In this document: positions 14,018 to 25,099 of the stretch, piece after piece | How positions within the stretch are numbered: position 1 is the stretch's first letter | How the letters are laid out: each line of letters opens with the position of its first letter | Assembly (NCBI GenBank): GCA_050084515.1 | Contig: CM114271.1 | Location: 43,276,001-43,340,000, forward strand | Reading direction: 5' to 3' | DNA length: 64,000 nt | DNA from: Blasia pusilla | Taxonomy: Eukaryota | Made by a program: the position numbers and the translations under genes | The notes under the pieces: model-generated | The model's input: only the letters and a program-made list of their open reading frames with translations | The model's database searches: none | Told to the model about the DNA's origin: nothing

Positions 14018-14112
14018 TTCCTTATAAAAGGGCAGCAAAAATTTTAATGTAGGCTATGGTTTGTACCATGCCTTATATATCTTTTGCTTTTAGTGTTGTA
14101 TCCCGCTACATG

Positions 14113-14881
14113 TGTCGTGCGCATACACATCGCTACACAATATACATTGATGTCAATGAACATACACACAAACACGCACGATCCCATGCTAACCCATGGC
14201 ATCCAAACAACGAGACGAGAAGTACCAAAATATCTCCAATAAATCAATGAAATCTCACATCAACATCTCACTCCAAACTCTCAATGGTATGCACTCTCTC
14301 TCATGTCAAACCAAACCCTGTCTCCTAATGAGAGGCTTGGGTTACACACACAAGACAAGGAAGACCATAGCTCCGCCACTTCATGCCAAGAGGTTCAACA
14401 AAGAGAATATGAGCTCTCAAGCTCTCTCTCTCTCTTAGAGGTATATCCCCTTCCCTCTCCCAAGCTCTCTCCTCAGTAACGAATGCTCATAGGACACCTC
14501 CTTGGCTCTTGACCTGTTGTAGCGGGTCAAGGTCCACTTTCCAAAGTGGAAATTCAACTATACTCCAAATAGAAACTGACCCAAAATAGTAAGTTTCTCT
14601 ATACGGCTCCAAATCAGCCGAAACGAAGGGGAAACCTGCTCTCTCAAGTTATCTGTGGCCTTAGCACGTCATTCTCGACCTCCAGAGGTTATCATCCAGT
14701 ATCTTTGAAGGCGCTCTACTAGATCTCGCTGATCTATCCTAAAAGTCGTGATTGTTGTCGTGCGCATACACATCGCTACACAACATACATCGTTATCAAT
14801 GAACATACACACAAACACGCACGATCCCATGCTAACCCATGGCATCCAAACAACGAGATGAGAATTAACAAAATATCAACA
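14113..14881 (-). repeat. 3' terminal repeat block of the gypsy element: Y'(14756-14881) - X(14239-14751) - Y(14113-14238)
   Basis: A ~126-bp unit tgtcgtgcgcatacac...aaaatatc occurs twice, flanking a ~510-bp unit homologous to 29209-29760. Confidence 0.92.
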
Positions 14882-15062
14882 ATTTCCCCCCTAGTTGGTG
14901 GTTAGGTCCCTCTCACTCCAGATAGCCATCTATCCCTACCTACTATGACATACATCTCTCGGACACTAAGAGCAAAAGGTTGGGTGCTCATGTGGCCCCA
15001 TCGTTAGTCGCCTTCTTGTCATTGATTTCATAGACACAAGTCGGAATCTATAATTACCTACT

Positions 15063-15206
15063 CTATGTACATCTAAGATACATCCATCATCTCTGAGGAC
15101 CCTTAATGAGAGGTGGCGTCAAACATGCCATATGCCATCCTCTCGAACACCCATCATAGACTAGCATAGTGGTTGCACCACGGGCAGAACCACACAACAT
15201 ACATCG
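15063..15206 (-). pseudogene. PHD finger at the C-terminus of the gypsy polyprotein
   Basis: RCMLCGSARGATTMLVYDGCSRGWHMACLTPPLIKGPQR*WMYLRC fits the C4HC3 PHD consensus, with two Cys->Tyr decay substitutions. Confidence 0.88.
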
Positions 15207-15399
15207 CAAGCCTGCATGAACTATTGCTAAACTTGGATCAACTATACCATCAAATTTTGGAAGGTGACATGGCGCACAGTTACGCACAAGGTCCTTCCAA
15301 ACCATACCATCGCATCCCTCCAATAAGAGAACACCTAATGGAAAAATCTTACCCACTCTCAAGATGGTGCGTCTTGCAGTCACATCCAACATCATGAGT

Positions 15400-16420
15400 G
15401 TTGTCTATTGCAAGTAGACATAGTCTCCTTGATGAAACCTCCAGATGGTAGGTCAATAACCACCTCCCCGAATAGTCGCATACCTCCACGTATCCTAATG
15501 TTCGCAATCGCTAAATTCTCAAACGCCATGAGCATCACTCTCTAAAACAACTCAGCCCTTTAAGAACATGCTCGCATCCATACATTAGGGTCATCAAGGT
15601 TCAACACCTCACCAACATCTCAAAAAATGGCCTCAAGAAAATTTGGTTCTCGACCATAAAGTAGCAAGTACGGTGAGAAAGACGCTAAGGATGTCTGCTT
15701 GCTGAATCTGAATCCCATCGCCAACCACGGCAATTGGAGGTCCCAGTCTCTTACGTGACCTCTCTGCAAGCCATACTTACGCAATCCTCTCTTCACCATC
15801 TGCACAACCCTCTCCCCTAGTCCATCCGCCTCAAGATGATCTCGCGAAGTGGTGCGGTGGTCGATCAGTGTGTGATCACACAAGGCCTAAAACTCCTCAC
15901 GGAACTCTGTGCCCTGGTCTGTCAACACCTCAGCTGGTGCACTGTAATGACTCAGCACTCAATCTAGGAAGGAATACGCTACTCCCTTACTCGCTTTGTC
16001 AAGAAATGCAACCAACTCTATCCACTTTGAGAACTACTCAACCATCACCAACACATAACAACTATGGCGCTCCGTCAAAGGTAAAGGTCCTACAAAATCC
16101 AAACTCCATCTATAACCTAAACCCATGATCCGAAGTGGATGCAATTATGGAGTCGGAGAATTGAAAGATGCTCGGATCCGATCACACACCATGCACTTGC
16201 CAAAAAAATTTGAAGGTCAGTCTGCATGCCTGCCACCAACATTGTATCCGGAGTAAGCTATACGTCCGCTTCACTCCAAAATGACCCAACTCCTCGTGGG
16301 CATGATGTACCAAATGTGCTCTCTATGAATGCTAAGGCACTACACGTACTCTATCATCCTCCCAAACTTGCAACACATATGTCCCCTCCCATCAGAACCA
16401 TCTCGCTCGCCGTAGGATCC
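15400..16420 (-). pseudogene. Gypsy DDE integrase
   Basis: HEELGHFG..CMVC (HHCC), WSLDFVGPLP, EVLTDQGTEF, ADGLGERVVQMVK, FSPYLLLYGREP. Confidence 0.92.
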
Positions 16421-16739
16421 AATCCTACGGGCTAACACCCACTGTGCTCACAACGTTGCCAGTATGTAGGTACTCCAAGACCACTCCATTTTCGTGAATA
16501 TCTCAGCCACGTGTCGTCTCCTCACCAACCTCTGGATCTAAGGACTCTCCATCAAACCTTGCCATCAAAGTCTCTGCAATTTGGCTCTCCATAGCCAACA
16601 AGCCCAAATAGGCTCACGCGTGCCATCCTGGAACCAACTCCTAATCCCCCTCTCCATGCCATCAAGCTCCAATCACATCTCGCTGACTCGGGCATGGGTT
16701 AGGGTTCAAACCATCTACGTCTTGGTTGAGCGTCCCTTG

Positions 16740-18940
16740 TCTGTGCACCACTTGGAAATCATACTCCTGCAACAATAGAGCCCACCTTGCAAGCTTCCCT
16801 GTAAGTTTTTTGGACTCCATCAACCACTTAAGTGGCTAATGATCGGTAATAATGGTAAAGAGGTTGCCGAATAGAAAACGCCTAAAATGTACGACAGCCC
16901 ACACTACAGCCAAGCACTCACCCTCATACAAGCTATACTTTGCCTCTACATCATTGTTCGAGCGACTAGTGTAAGCCACCATCATCTCTCTATCCTCATC
17001 GTCATGTTGGGTGAGCACGGCTCCAAGCCCCAACATACTCCAATCGGTATGCTGCCAGAAAGGATGCCCCCTGATCGGTCTCCTCAATATGAGCGTAGAC
17101 GTCAATCTATCCTGGAGCAACTGAAATGCTCTCTTCTCCTTATCCCCCCACTACCACTCTTGATCCACTTTGTTGAGCAAGGTGAGCGGCTTCGCAATCG
17201 AACTCAAACCCTTGACGTACGGTCGATAGAAGTTTTCCAATCCCATGAATGCACGAACTCGACTCACATCTGTAGAGCATGGAATGCGTGAAATAGCCTC
17301 TACCTTGTCTGCTGCACACCAAGGCCCCTTGGGTATATCGTATGACCCAGATACTCAATCTGGTCGTAGAAGAACTTGCACTTGCCTTGATGTAGCTTCA
17401 GCCCATGTAACTGCAATCTTCTAAACACCTCCTCTAGATGTCGCTCATGCTCTTCAACCTTGGCGCTAAAGACTACTATGTCATCAATATAACACTTGCA
17501 AAATCCAGACCTGCCGAGATCCTATCCATGACCCTCTGAAACTCAGCCAGGGCGTTCTTTAACCCAAATGGTAAGAACCACCACTAGTACAAGCAATCCT
17601 TCCCATGAGGATCAATGCCCAAAAGTACCGACTTCTGCTTGTCCTCCAATCTAATAGGCAGTTGATGGAATCCGGCTCAAAGATCTAGCAAGTAGAAGAT
17701 CTTTGCATGCCCAATAGCATCAAAGATCCCCTTAGGCATGGGCATGGCATACCTATCGGACTTCGTCTATTGATTGATAGGTTGGTAATCTCCATACATT
17801 CGCCTATCCATCCAGTTGCCATGCACATCCTTCTTGGCGGGCATCATAGTGGCAGAAGCATACTCTCCATGCGATATCTCCACTAGTCCTGCTCCAACCA
17901 AGTCGTGGGTCCTACTGTGAATCAAGGTTGCACGGAAACGAACATGTCCGTCCATGGGACAAGTCCGGACATGCCCGGATTGCACCCGGGCCCGCACTCA
18001 AGCCCGCCCCAAGCTCGCCATGTAGACCCGTGCTCACGGAGCTCGCACTTGTTGCATGGCCCGCACGGTGGGCTCCATGCGGGCAAGTGTGGGTTTCGAG
18101 CAGGGAGGTATGGGCTCAAGGTGGGCAAGCGCGGGCTATCGGATGATTGGGCGCGAGCTCCAAGCAGGCAGGCGCGGGCTCTAGATATGAGCGGGCTCTA
18201 GACATGTGCAGGTAGGTGCGGGCTCAAGGTAGGCACGTGCGGGCTAGGGCGGGCAGGTGTGAGCTCAAGGCTGATTGGGCGCGGGCTAGGGCGGGAAGTT
18301 GCAGGCTTAGAGCGGGCTAAGGCGGGCAATTTCGGGCTCAAAACGGGCAAGCGGGGTCTCAGAGTGGGCAGGTGCGGGCTCCGGCAAGCATGCGCAGGCT
18401 CAAAGCTGATTCGGCGTCGACTCTGGATGGTCAGGTGCGGGCTCCAATCGGGCAGACGCAGGGAGGGCGCGGGTAGGTGAGGGTTCCAAGCAGGGAGGCG
18501 CAGTTGAGGGCCTGCAGAATTTTGGTCCAAAATCTGGCGGGCCTTGAGCCCGCATGCGGGCTTAGGGCGGGCTTAGGGCGGGCTTAGGGCGGGCTTAGGC
18601 GGGCTTCAAGCACGTACCCAGGGCCTGCACCAAGCGCGCCCTAGGCCGGGCTGCAGGCCGCGCAACGGGTGAGGGATGTAGGTGGACTCGGGTGCGGGCC
18701 GTATGCCCTGGTGCCCAACCCCGCATGGACATGTCCGTCAATAGGACGAACATAAGTCTATGGACATGGATATGTCCGCGGACACGGACTTTGTCCGTGT
18801 GCAACCTTGCTCTGAATCACAACTCTCTCCATATCACTGTACCTGTAGGATCGTCGGAAGATCGGCGTGTCACTCGACAACTCAATGCAGATGCCTGGAC
18901 CCTTCAATGTACCCAAATCATGCATACATGCAATCTCCAT
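16740..18940 (-). pseudogene. Gypsy RT + RNase H (interrupted by a hAT MITE)
   Basis: YRYSDMER, GDYQPIN, DL*AGFHQL, PFGLKNA, CYIDDIVVFS (17471-17500), EYLGH; RNase H HTDWSMLGLGAVL, EGECLAVVWAV, ITDH. Confidence 0.93.
17923..18809. mobile_element. Non-autonomous hAT-type element (887 bp), same terminal family as 7615-7919, opposite orientation
   Basis: Perfect TIR caaggttgcac / gtgcaaccttg; 8-bp TSD ctgtgaat/ctctgaat; interrupts the gypsy RT; GC-rich interior built from gcgggct repeats. Confidence 0.92.
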
Positions 18941-19279
18941 CGTGAGTACGGTAGGACTCTCCGGCGCGGATGATGATGGTTGCTATGGGTGCAACCCCGT
19001 ATCGGACAATAGAACTCAACTGCTCCCCAGTAGCCAACTGCAAACTCTGATCTCCACGTGTAGTACCGCAAACCACGCTGGATGTTGTGGCTATCATCTC
19101 CCGGCATACCTGCAAAATATCCCAAGAAGTCCAAGGGTGTCTCTCCTGATCACCCCTAGTATGTCGATCTCCTCGGGTGTCACCCCCAACCATTGTCTCA
19201 ACCATCTCCGTAGGCATGGGGCTCACCAATGCAATAGCTTTGATGTGTCACAACCTCAAACGACGCTGCTCAGTTACTC

Positions 19280-19567
19280 CTAAACTGAAAATCCATGTCA
19301 AGCACTTTAGGTCCATCGCGTGACCTAAGACATGACATCGTGATGCCTCTCATAGTGATAGTATTATCGTCACTCCTGTGGGGAATCCCATCGCTCGCTC
19401 TCGCTCATCGGCATTGGGCTCCACCAACGGTTGTATTTGGTCATCCCAAACCAAGCCAGGCCCAACCTCCTTGAATGCATAAGGAGGAGGGAAACTCACC
19501 AATGTGGGAAAGGCTACTCGTGGCATGTCAATCCTGTTGACCACAGTCAACGACGGTCGATCATCGT
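19280..19567 (-). pseudogene. C-terminal half of a cytosine-5 DNA methyltransferase (motifs IX-X), DNMT3/DRM-like
   Basis: EPNADERERAMGFPTGVT..*EASRCHVLGHAMDL parallels DNMT3 'EMERVFGFP..YT..SRLARQRLLGRSW' and DRM 'EPDEVEMLLGFP..HT..LGNSF'. Confidence 0.85.
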
Positions 19568-20471
19568 GCCTCACTCTCGGGGATCTTACTTCCGCAGAAG
19601 AGACACATCACGTACGACAAAGTATAGGGTTTTTTAATTGGATTTAGGGGAAGACTTATAAAGAGTTGTGGAAGAACTTTAGGATATTTTTAATTTATGG
19701 CAGAAATTATTTTAAAAAATAGGGCATTGTTAATTCACTGGGTGTACATGAAAGATGTCCAAGAAAGTAAGGGGTGCCCACCATTTTTTTTTAAATGGTG
19801 GGCACAGGTGTCAACAATTTATTGGTCCACGTGTCAATCTTAGAGCTAGCCCAATAAATGACATGGATTTATTAATTAATTTTGAATTTTAAATGAATAT
19901 CTAATTTAGTATATCTAACCTAATCAGGAACGTTGGCGGGAGAGAGTGAAGCCAGTGTGGGAGAGGGAAGGAATCCAGCTTGAAGCTCGAGGAAAGGATC
20001 TCAGCTCGAGAAAAGGAATGCAACACAGCTCAGGGAAAGGAATGCAGCTCGTGAATGTTGAACGAATGTTGAACGAGGAATGCTAATCGTTTAGCATTCT
20101 CATTCTTGTTTTCTTAGCACCATCCAACCAAGCGCAAGGATTGTTTTGTGAAAAGAGTCACTTTATTTTTGTAGGTGACAGCATTTTGGTCTGGAAGACG
20201 GACGGACTCAAGGGAGGCTGGCTCTCGAGAGGATCAAGCTGCCGATGCGGATGTAGTAATTATCTTCTTTTTCTTGTCCGGGCGGGTTCTCAAGTAATAT
20301 GCATACCTCTTAGCCTGATTGTGATCGTCTACATAGGTTTCTGGAAGATAGAATGAATAGTTGCGACGACTGCCACCGAGTTTCCATCGTATTTGCATAA
20401 AACATGCAGCTGACCCAAATATCATGGGGTTGTAGGAGGCTAGGCTGAAGATTTTCTCAAGGAATAGCTTG

Positions 20472-20788
20472 CATTCAAAAACCCAATAAATTGCAGCAAA
20501 TGCCCAACAGTGATACGTTGTCGCTTGTCACTCATATATGCCGTTTGAGATACACCGACTTGTAGGAGACCATACAAGCACAAAGTTTGGTTCAACGTTC
20601 TCTAGTACTGGTATGACCTCCTGAAACCAACATTCAAAAACCAATAAATTGGAGCAAGTGCCCAACATTGATATGTTGTCGCTTGTCACTCATATATTCC
20701 GTTTGAGATACACCGACTTGAAGGAGACCATACAAGCACAAAGTTTGGTTCAACGTTCCCTAGTACTCGTATGACCTCCTGAAACCAG
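20472..20788. repeat. Tandem duplication, 2 x ~159 bp
   Basis: cattcaaaaaccaataaattg...gacctcctgaaacca occurs twice with few substitutions. Confidence 0.9.
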
Positions 20789-21448
20789 CTTGTGCTCATG
20801 GCTTGCACTCATTTGATCAACCCAGTTATCGACTTTCCTCTATAACAGTATACTTCAAAGTTTGTACGTGAGGGAACTCACCATGATAGTTAATTATTGT
20901 GAGGTCAGCAGCGGATCACCACCCATAGGACATGAAGTGATGTAGAGACTAGGATGTGCGTTGAGAGAAGAAGAACAGAAAGAGGCACTATATCAGAGCA
21001 CGGAGACACTCTCATAGAATGTCAGTGTTGTCTTTGTTTTGCCTAATGGTGATCTATATGGCTTTGGAGACCATGATGCACCTCACAATGGGACGAAAGA
21101 AATTAATCCATTGGATAGATGCTCAACTACTTGTGTCCTTGGAGATCAACATGCATCTTTGTCATATGTCACAAATGTTTATAACCACTACAAAATTCAT
21201 GAACATGGCTTGAAGTGGGATAATGTGAATAGAATTGACGAGGAAGACTTGAGTTGGGCCTCAACGAACTGCTTCAAAGAGAGTGCAAGCCTGTTTGTAT
21301 GATATGTTTGAGAGAATGGATGTTCGTCATGCCAGAAGCCTAGGGACCCAACTGTACTTGGAGGTTTTTGGTGATTACATTGATATTTTCTTCTCACGTA
21401 AGCATGACTTGAGAAGTCGTGTAGTTTTGGCATCTAAAGTGTCATGGT

Positions 21449-22141
21449 TGTCGTGCGCATACATATCGCTACACAACATACATCGCTGGTCACATCTACA
21501 CCACACAACACCGATCTTCCCCACACACGGGTCGATCCACACATGTACAAAAATCAACTCATACATATACATGGAGATCACACAACACAAATAAAGAGTA
21601 GTAAAAACAACACACCCGGCCTAAAACTCCACTCCTCAATCTACATCGACATATCGAGCCTCGTCCACCCTGTGCTATCAAGGAATCCGGACGCTAGCAC
21701 CCTAGTCCTATCTCACACACATACTAGGGAGGTGCTCCAACCGCCCAACATGAGAAAGATGGCTTAGGAAAGCCATCTTCCTCTCTTATATAGGGTTGGG
21801 AAGAGCCAAAAGGCTCTTCCCCTAAAAATAGCCCTCTCCTTGGTAACCTGCTCGCACAGGTTACCAGGGGCGGGTGACCTTGTCAACAAGTCACCCGGCT
21901 GTGAAAGACCTCAACATGAAAGTTGTCAGAAACGACGTTCCTGCCATAATGGACCTATCCTCAACCTCATCCAACACCGTGGGACAAATTTACACTCAAG
22001 ATAGTCCGCTGGCTCCTACGCCCTATCCACGATAGATCTCGGCCTATCGGCTACTCAGATGTGACATGGTTCTTTCGACTCTGGAGACTTTGGTTGAGAT
22101 ATGGTGATCATTCTGTAACAAGGAGTGTAGGATCTGTGACA
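21449..22141 (-). mobile_element. Solo LTR of a family related to the gypsy element
   Basis: tgtcgtgcgcatac...tgtgaca; shares the terminal ~37 bp with repeat Y. No TSD visible, and part of the host transposase appears deleted. Confidence 0.75.
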
Positions 22142-24055
22142 TAGAAGAACATGATATCAGTGCAAGCTTTCCATGATATCAACATGTCTTGCCATTTTCT
22201 TGTATTACTAATGTGTGTTATCCGTGACAAGTATCAATAATTGCAAGTTCCATTTCATCTCCTAGGATGTGATTGTTGTGAGATCTTCTTCAGCAAGGTA
22301 GATAATGAGTGGCCATGAACGCAACTATGATTTTGGGTCTTTGTTGGATAATGCAGTGGGATTGAATAGACTGGATGGCTTGGAATTAGGACCAGAAGGA
22401 TTAAAGATTGGCGAGTCTCATCCAAAGCAAGATCATGCGTGGGGAACTCTCCATCCGTTAGATGCACGAGAAGATGCCCCTAACCTGTTTGACTTTTCAT
22501 TGATTCAGACTAATGAGCTAGAATTTGATGCCCTTAAGGAGGGTTTGGATGAAGCAAAATCAATATTGACTAGGTTGAATATGTCTTCTAGATCTTCTAT
22601 GCCAGTAGGTCAGAGGCAATGGTGGTTGCATCCATAGGATGTGGAGGCAGAGACGTGCCCTGATTCTGCTCTTATGAATGAGGTAGTTGCATTTGATGAT
22701 TTTGAGGAATTCATAGAACACATACCAACAATAGGCCCTTGTCCACCCGAGTGTTGATGAAATAGAAGTTGAAGACCCAATACCAAAGGATTTGAATAGT
22801 CTTGATGCATGGGAAAGTGATGCACCGGCCTCTTTTGATTCTAGAATGATTGGTGAGGACTTGGCTGAAGATGCAGGTAAAGATCAATCTATAGAGACGA
22901 AAACATTTGGACATGAGCTAAGGCCTGTATTCAGTTCAATTTCGCAGAAGTGCACTGATGAAGTTCCTCTTCGAGTTGTGCCTACTGTGACCTTTGAGGG
23001 CAGAGTGCACTTCAATTCTACTTTGGTGAGTGATTGGGCGTGCAATCCTTTCATTTCTAAAGATAGGCTAACACGTATGTCACAAAAAAACATATTACAC
23101 TACAGTTAAGGTAAAAGAACCAACTATTCCAGCTTTCCTAACTTGTTATGTTGATATTGGAAGTGATATAGCTGTTTTGTTTGAATCTACCACACAAGTG
23201 TGCCCTTCTATCAAATCAAGTAAGTCAAAGAAGAGAAAACAAAAAGAGCTCCGTGAGAATAGGGTAGTCCCTACAAGTGAGTTCTGGTTAGGTTGCATTC
23301 TATTCATGAAACATAAATATGGTAGTCAATGGGATAGGTGTAGATCTCCTATTGATCTTTTGGACCAGCCTGCCCTAAAAGATGGGCAGAGAGGAAGTCT
23401 CTTTCAGATATTGTGCAATTGGTATCGACGTTGAGATAAGAGCAACACTTTGTTCACATATGATGCATGTGATGGCCAATATATTGATATTGAAATGATG
23501 ATTTCGAATGTGAGTTTGTCCATGAAGCCAAGTCTTACATCCACGATATATGAATTGGATAACTATGATTTACAAGTGGTCAATGATTATATCCGCAATG
23601 TGTCATCTTTTGCCAAGTGATGTGCATGTCATAGTGTGAAGTAATTTTTTGAGATTATGATAGGCTAGTTTTGGGAGGGGATAGGTAAGGGGGATGAGGC
23701 GTCTCAACCAATGAGCATCCTGATTATTGTGAGGTTCAATTCCTCTCCGTCATAAGTGCCAAAGTACCTATATTTGACAGTGGTGGTGCATATGGTTGAT
23801 CGTGAAGGCTGTTATCAAGTGCAACAATACAAGACCGCCACGTGAAGGTATACTTATCTTTACTTTTAAGCCCCTAAACAAATCAAGGACAAAAATTTAC
23901 TTAACAAAATATAGGGGTCATAATTTTTTAATTGGAAATTTTAAAGTAAGTAAGGGGGAGGGAAAAAATTCACTTATAAGTTAGGGGTTTCCGACCTAAA
24001 AATATTGTAGGTAATGTTGGAGTTATACATAGACTGTCCCCCCCAAGGCCTCACT

Positions 24056-24710
24056 GCCTGTGATTGACAACATGGATCCAGAATAGAATCCACCAACAAA
24101 TAGGAGGGGCGCTCCACTCTCATACGCCCTCCGTTAAACCTCATGTGGCACCAACTTGGTCCATCAAAGACGCGGGCGATGTGCTCATGAACCTACATTT
24201 TCCGCATCCAAGAACAATCCCAAGCCCATCTATGCGTGCACCAGATGTGCACTCATCCCCACGCGGGACCTCAAAGCGCCCAAAATCAGCACATTCTCCA
24301 GAATGCTGGAGAACAAGACTGATGCTCGTGTAAGTGTCGCAAAATCCACATCATCTCCCAAAACAACCTCGATCAAGAGTCCGCTAATCCACTACCCCGT
24401 CTAACACTCGACTAGCCCTGACACGCCAACCAGCAATGACCAAGTCTATGGTCCCTACCCGCTCCAAGTCATGCGTCCCCAACAATGAAATATCCCTCCG
24501 TAGGGAACTCTAGTATACCTAGATGGTAGACGTAGACAACAAGTCAGGAAATCAGAGGCATAATTGCGCCACATGATGAAGTGAATCGCGCCTCGCAACA
24601 TCATCAATCTCAACATATAGGTACTACTCCACGCGCACTCTTGCCTGCAAAACAGCATCTAAGCCACTGTTGATCCCTCCAAAGAGATCCAACACGCGAA
24701 TACCCTCCAC
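24056..24710 (-). pseudogene. N-terminal half of a cytosine-5 DNA methyltransferase (motifs I-VIII), DNMT3-like
   Basis: GIRVLDLFGGI (I), YVEID (II), RDI (III), IDLVIAGW(P)CQG (IV, 1-nt deletion), RLFWEM, LENV (VI), LDAENVGS*AHRPRL*WTKL (VIII; cf. DNMT3 IDAKEVSAAHRARYFWGNL). Confidence 0.9.
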
Positions 24711-25099
24711 TGGATGCACCACACAATCAGGGTGGTGTCCAAAGGGGTCATAGCAACAGTCATGGCTACCTTGGATTCCTCTAACCAGTCACGCTCTTGT
24801 GCAAACGCCTCACTCTAGGTCGTCTGCACGTGCTCATGAGATAAACTTTGGAGCTCCTCACTCAAGCCCCACAACGGCACCTCTCCTCCACGGAATGATG
24901 CGGCTACCATAACACTCCTCTCCCTAGAAGTGTCAAGCGCGGGGATGTCCTCTGCATGGACATGCCCCTCAATCAAATCTGAAGGCCACGTGATGGCGTT
25001 GCTGAATGCTGCTAAAGTTGCCATCTCCCCTGGCCGTCGCTCGATCACTCAACTCGTGAATCAAACGGATAATGAGCTAAGTTGCCCATCACCGGACTG

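Larger units (their letters stand above)
19576..24047 (+). mobile_element. Degenerate P-element/THAP9-superfamily-like DNA transposon
   Basis: Perfect 8-bp TSD gcctcact (19568-19575, 24048-24055); short termini CTYGGGG. Transposase remnants IGH-SD, DHDAPHNGTKEINPL, HGLKWDNVNRID, ISVQAFHDINMSCH, PFHLLGCDCCEIFFSKV. Confidence 0.65.

Noticed and set aside
15192-15206. 15-bp identity (acacaacatacatcg) between the PHD coding sequence and repeat Y
   Set aside because: Short and AC-rich; cannot be distinguished from chance without other copies.
18556-18600. Interstitial telomere (TTAGGG)
   Set aside because: TTAGGG is embedded in an 11-bp unit within a MITE, not a true telomeric array.
17905-18804. 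Many overlapping ORFs on both strands
   Set aside because: Artefacts of the GC-rich repetitive MITE interior.
20472-20788. Repeat array / CRISPR-like structure
   Set aside because: Only two directly adjacent 159-bp units with no spacers, in a eukaryotic context.
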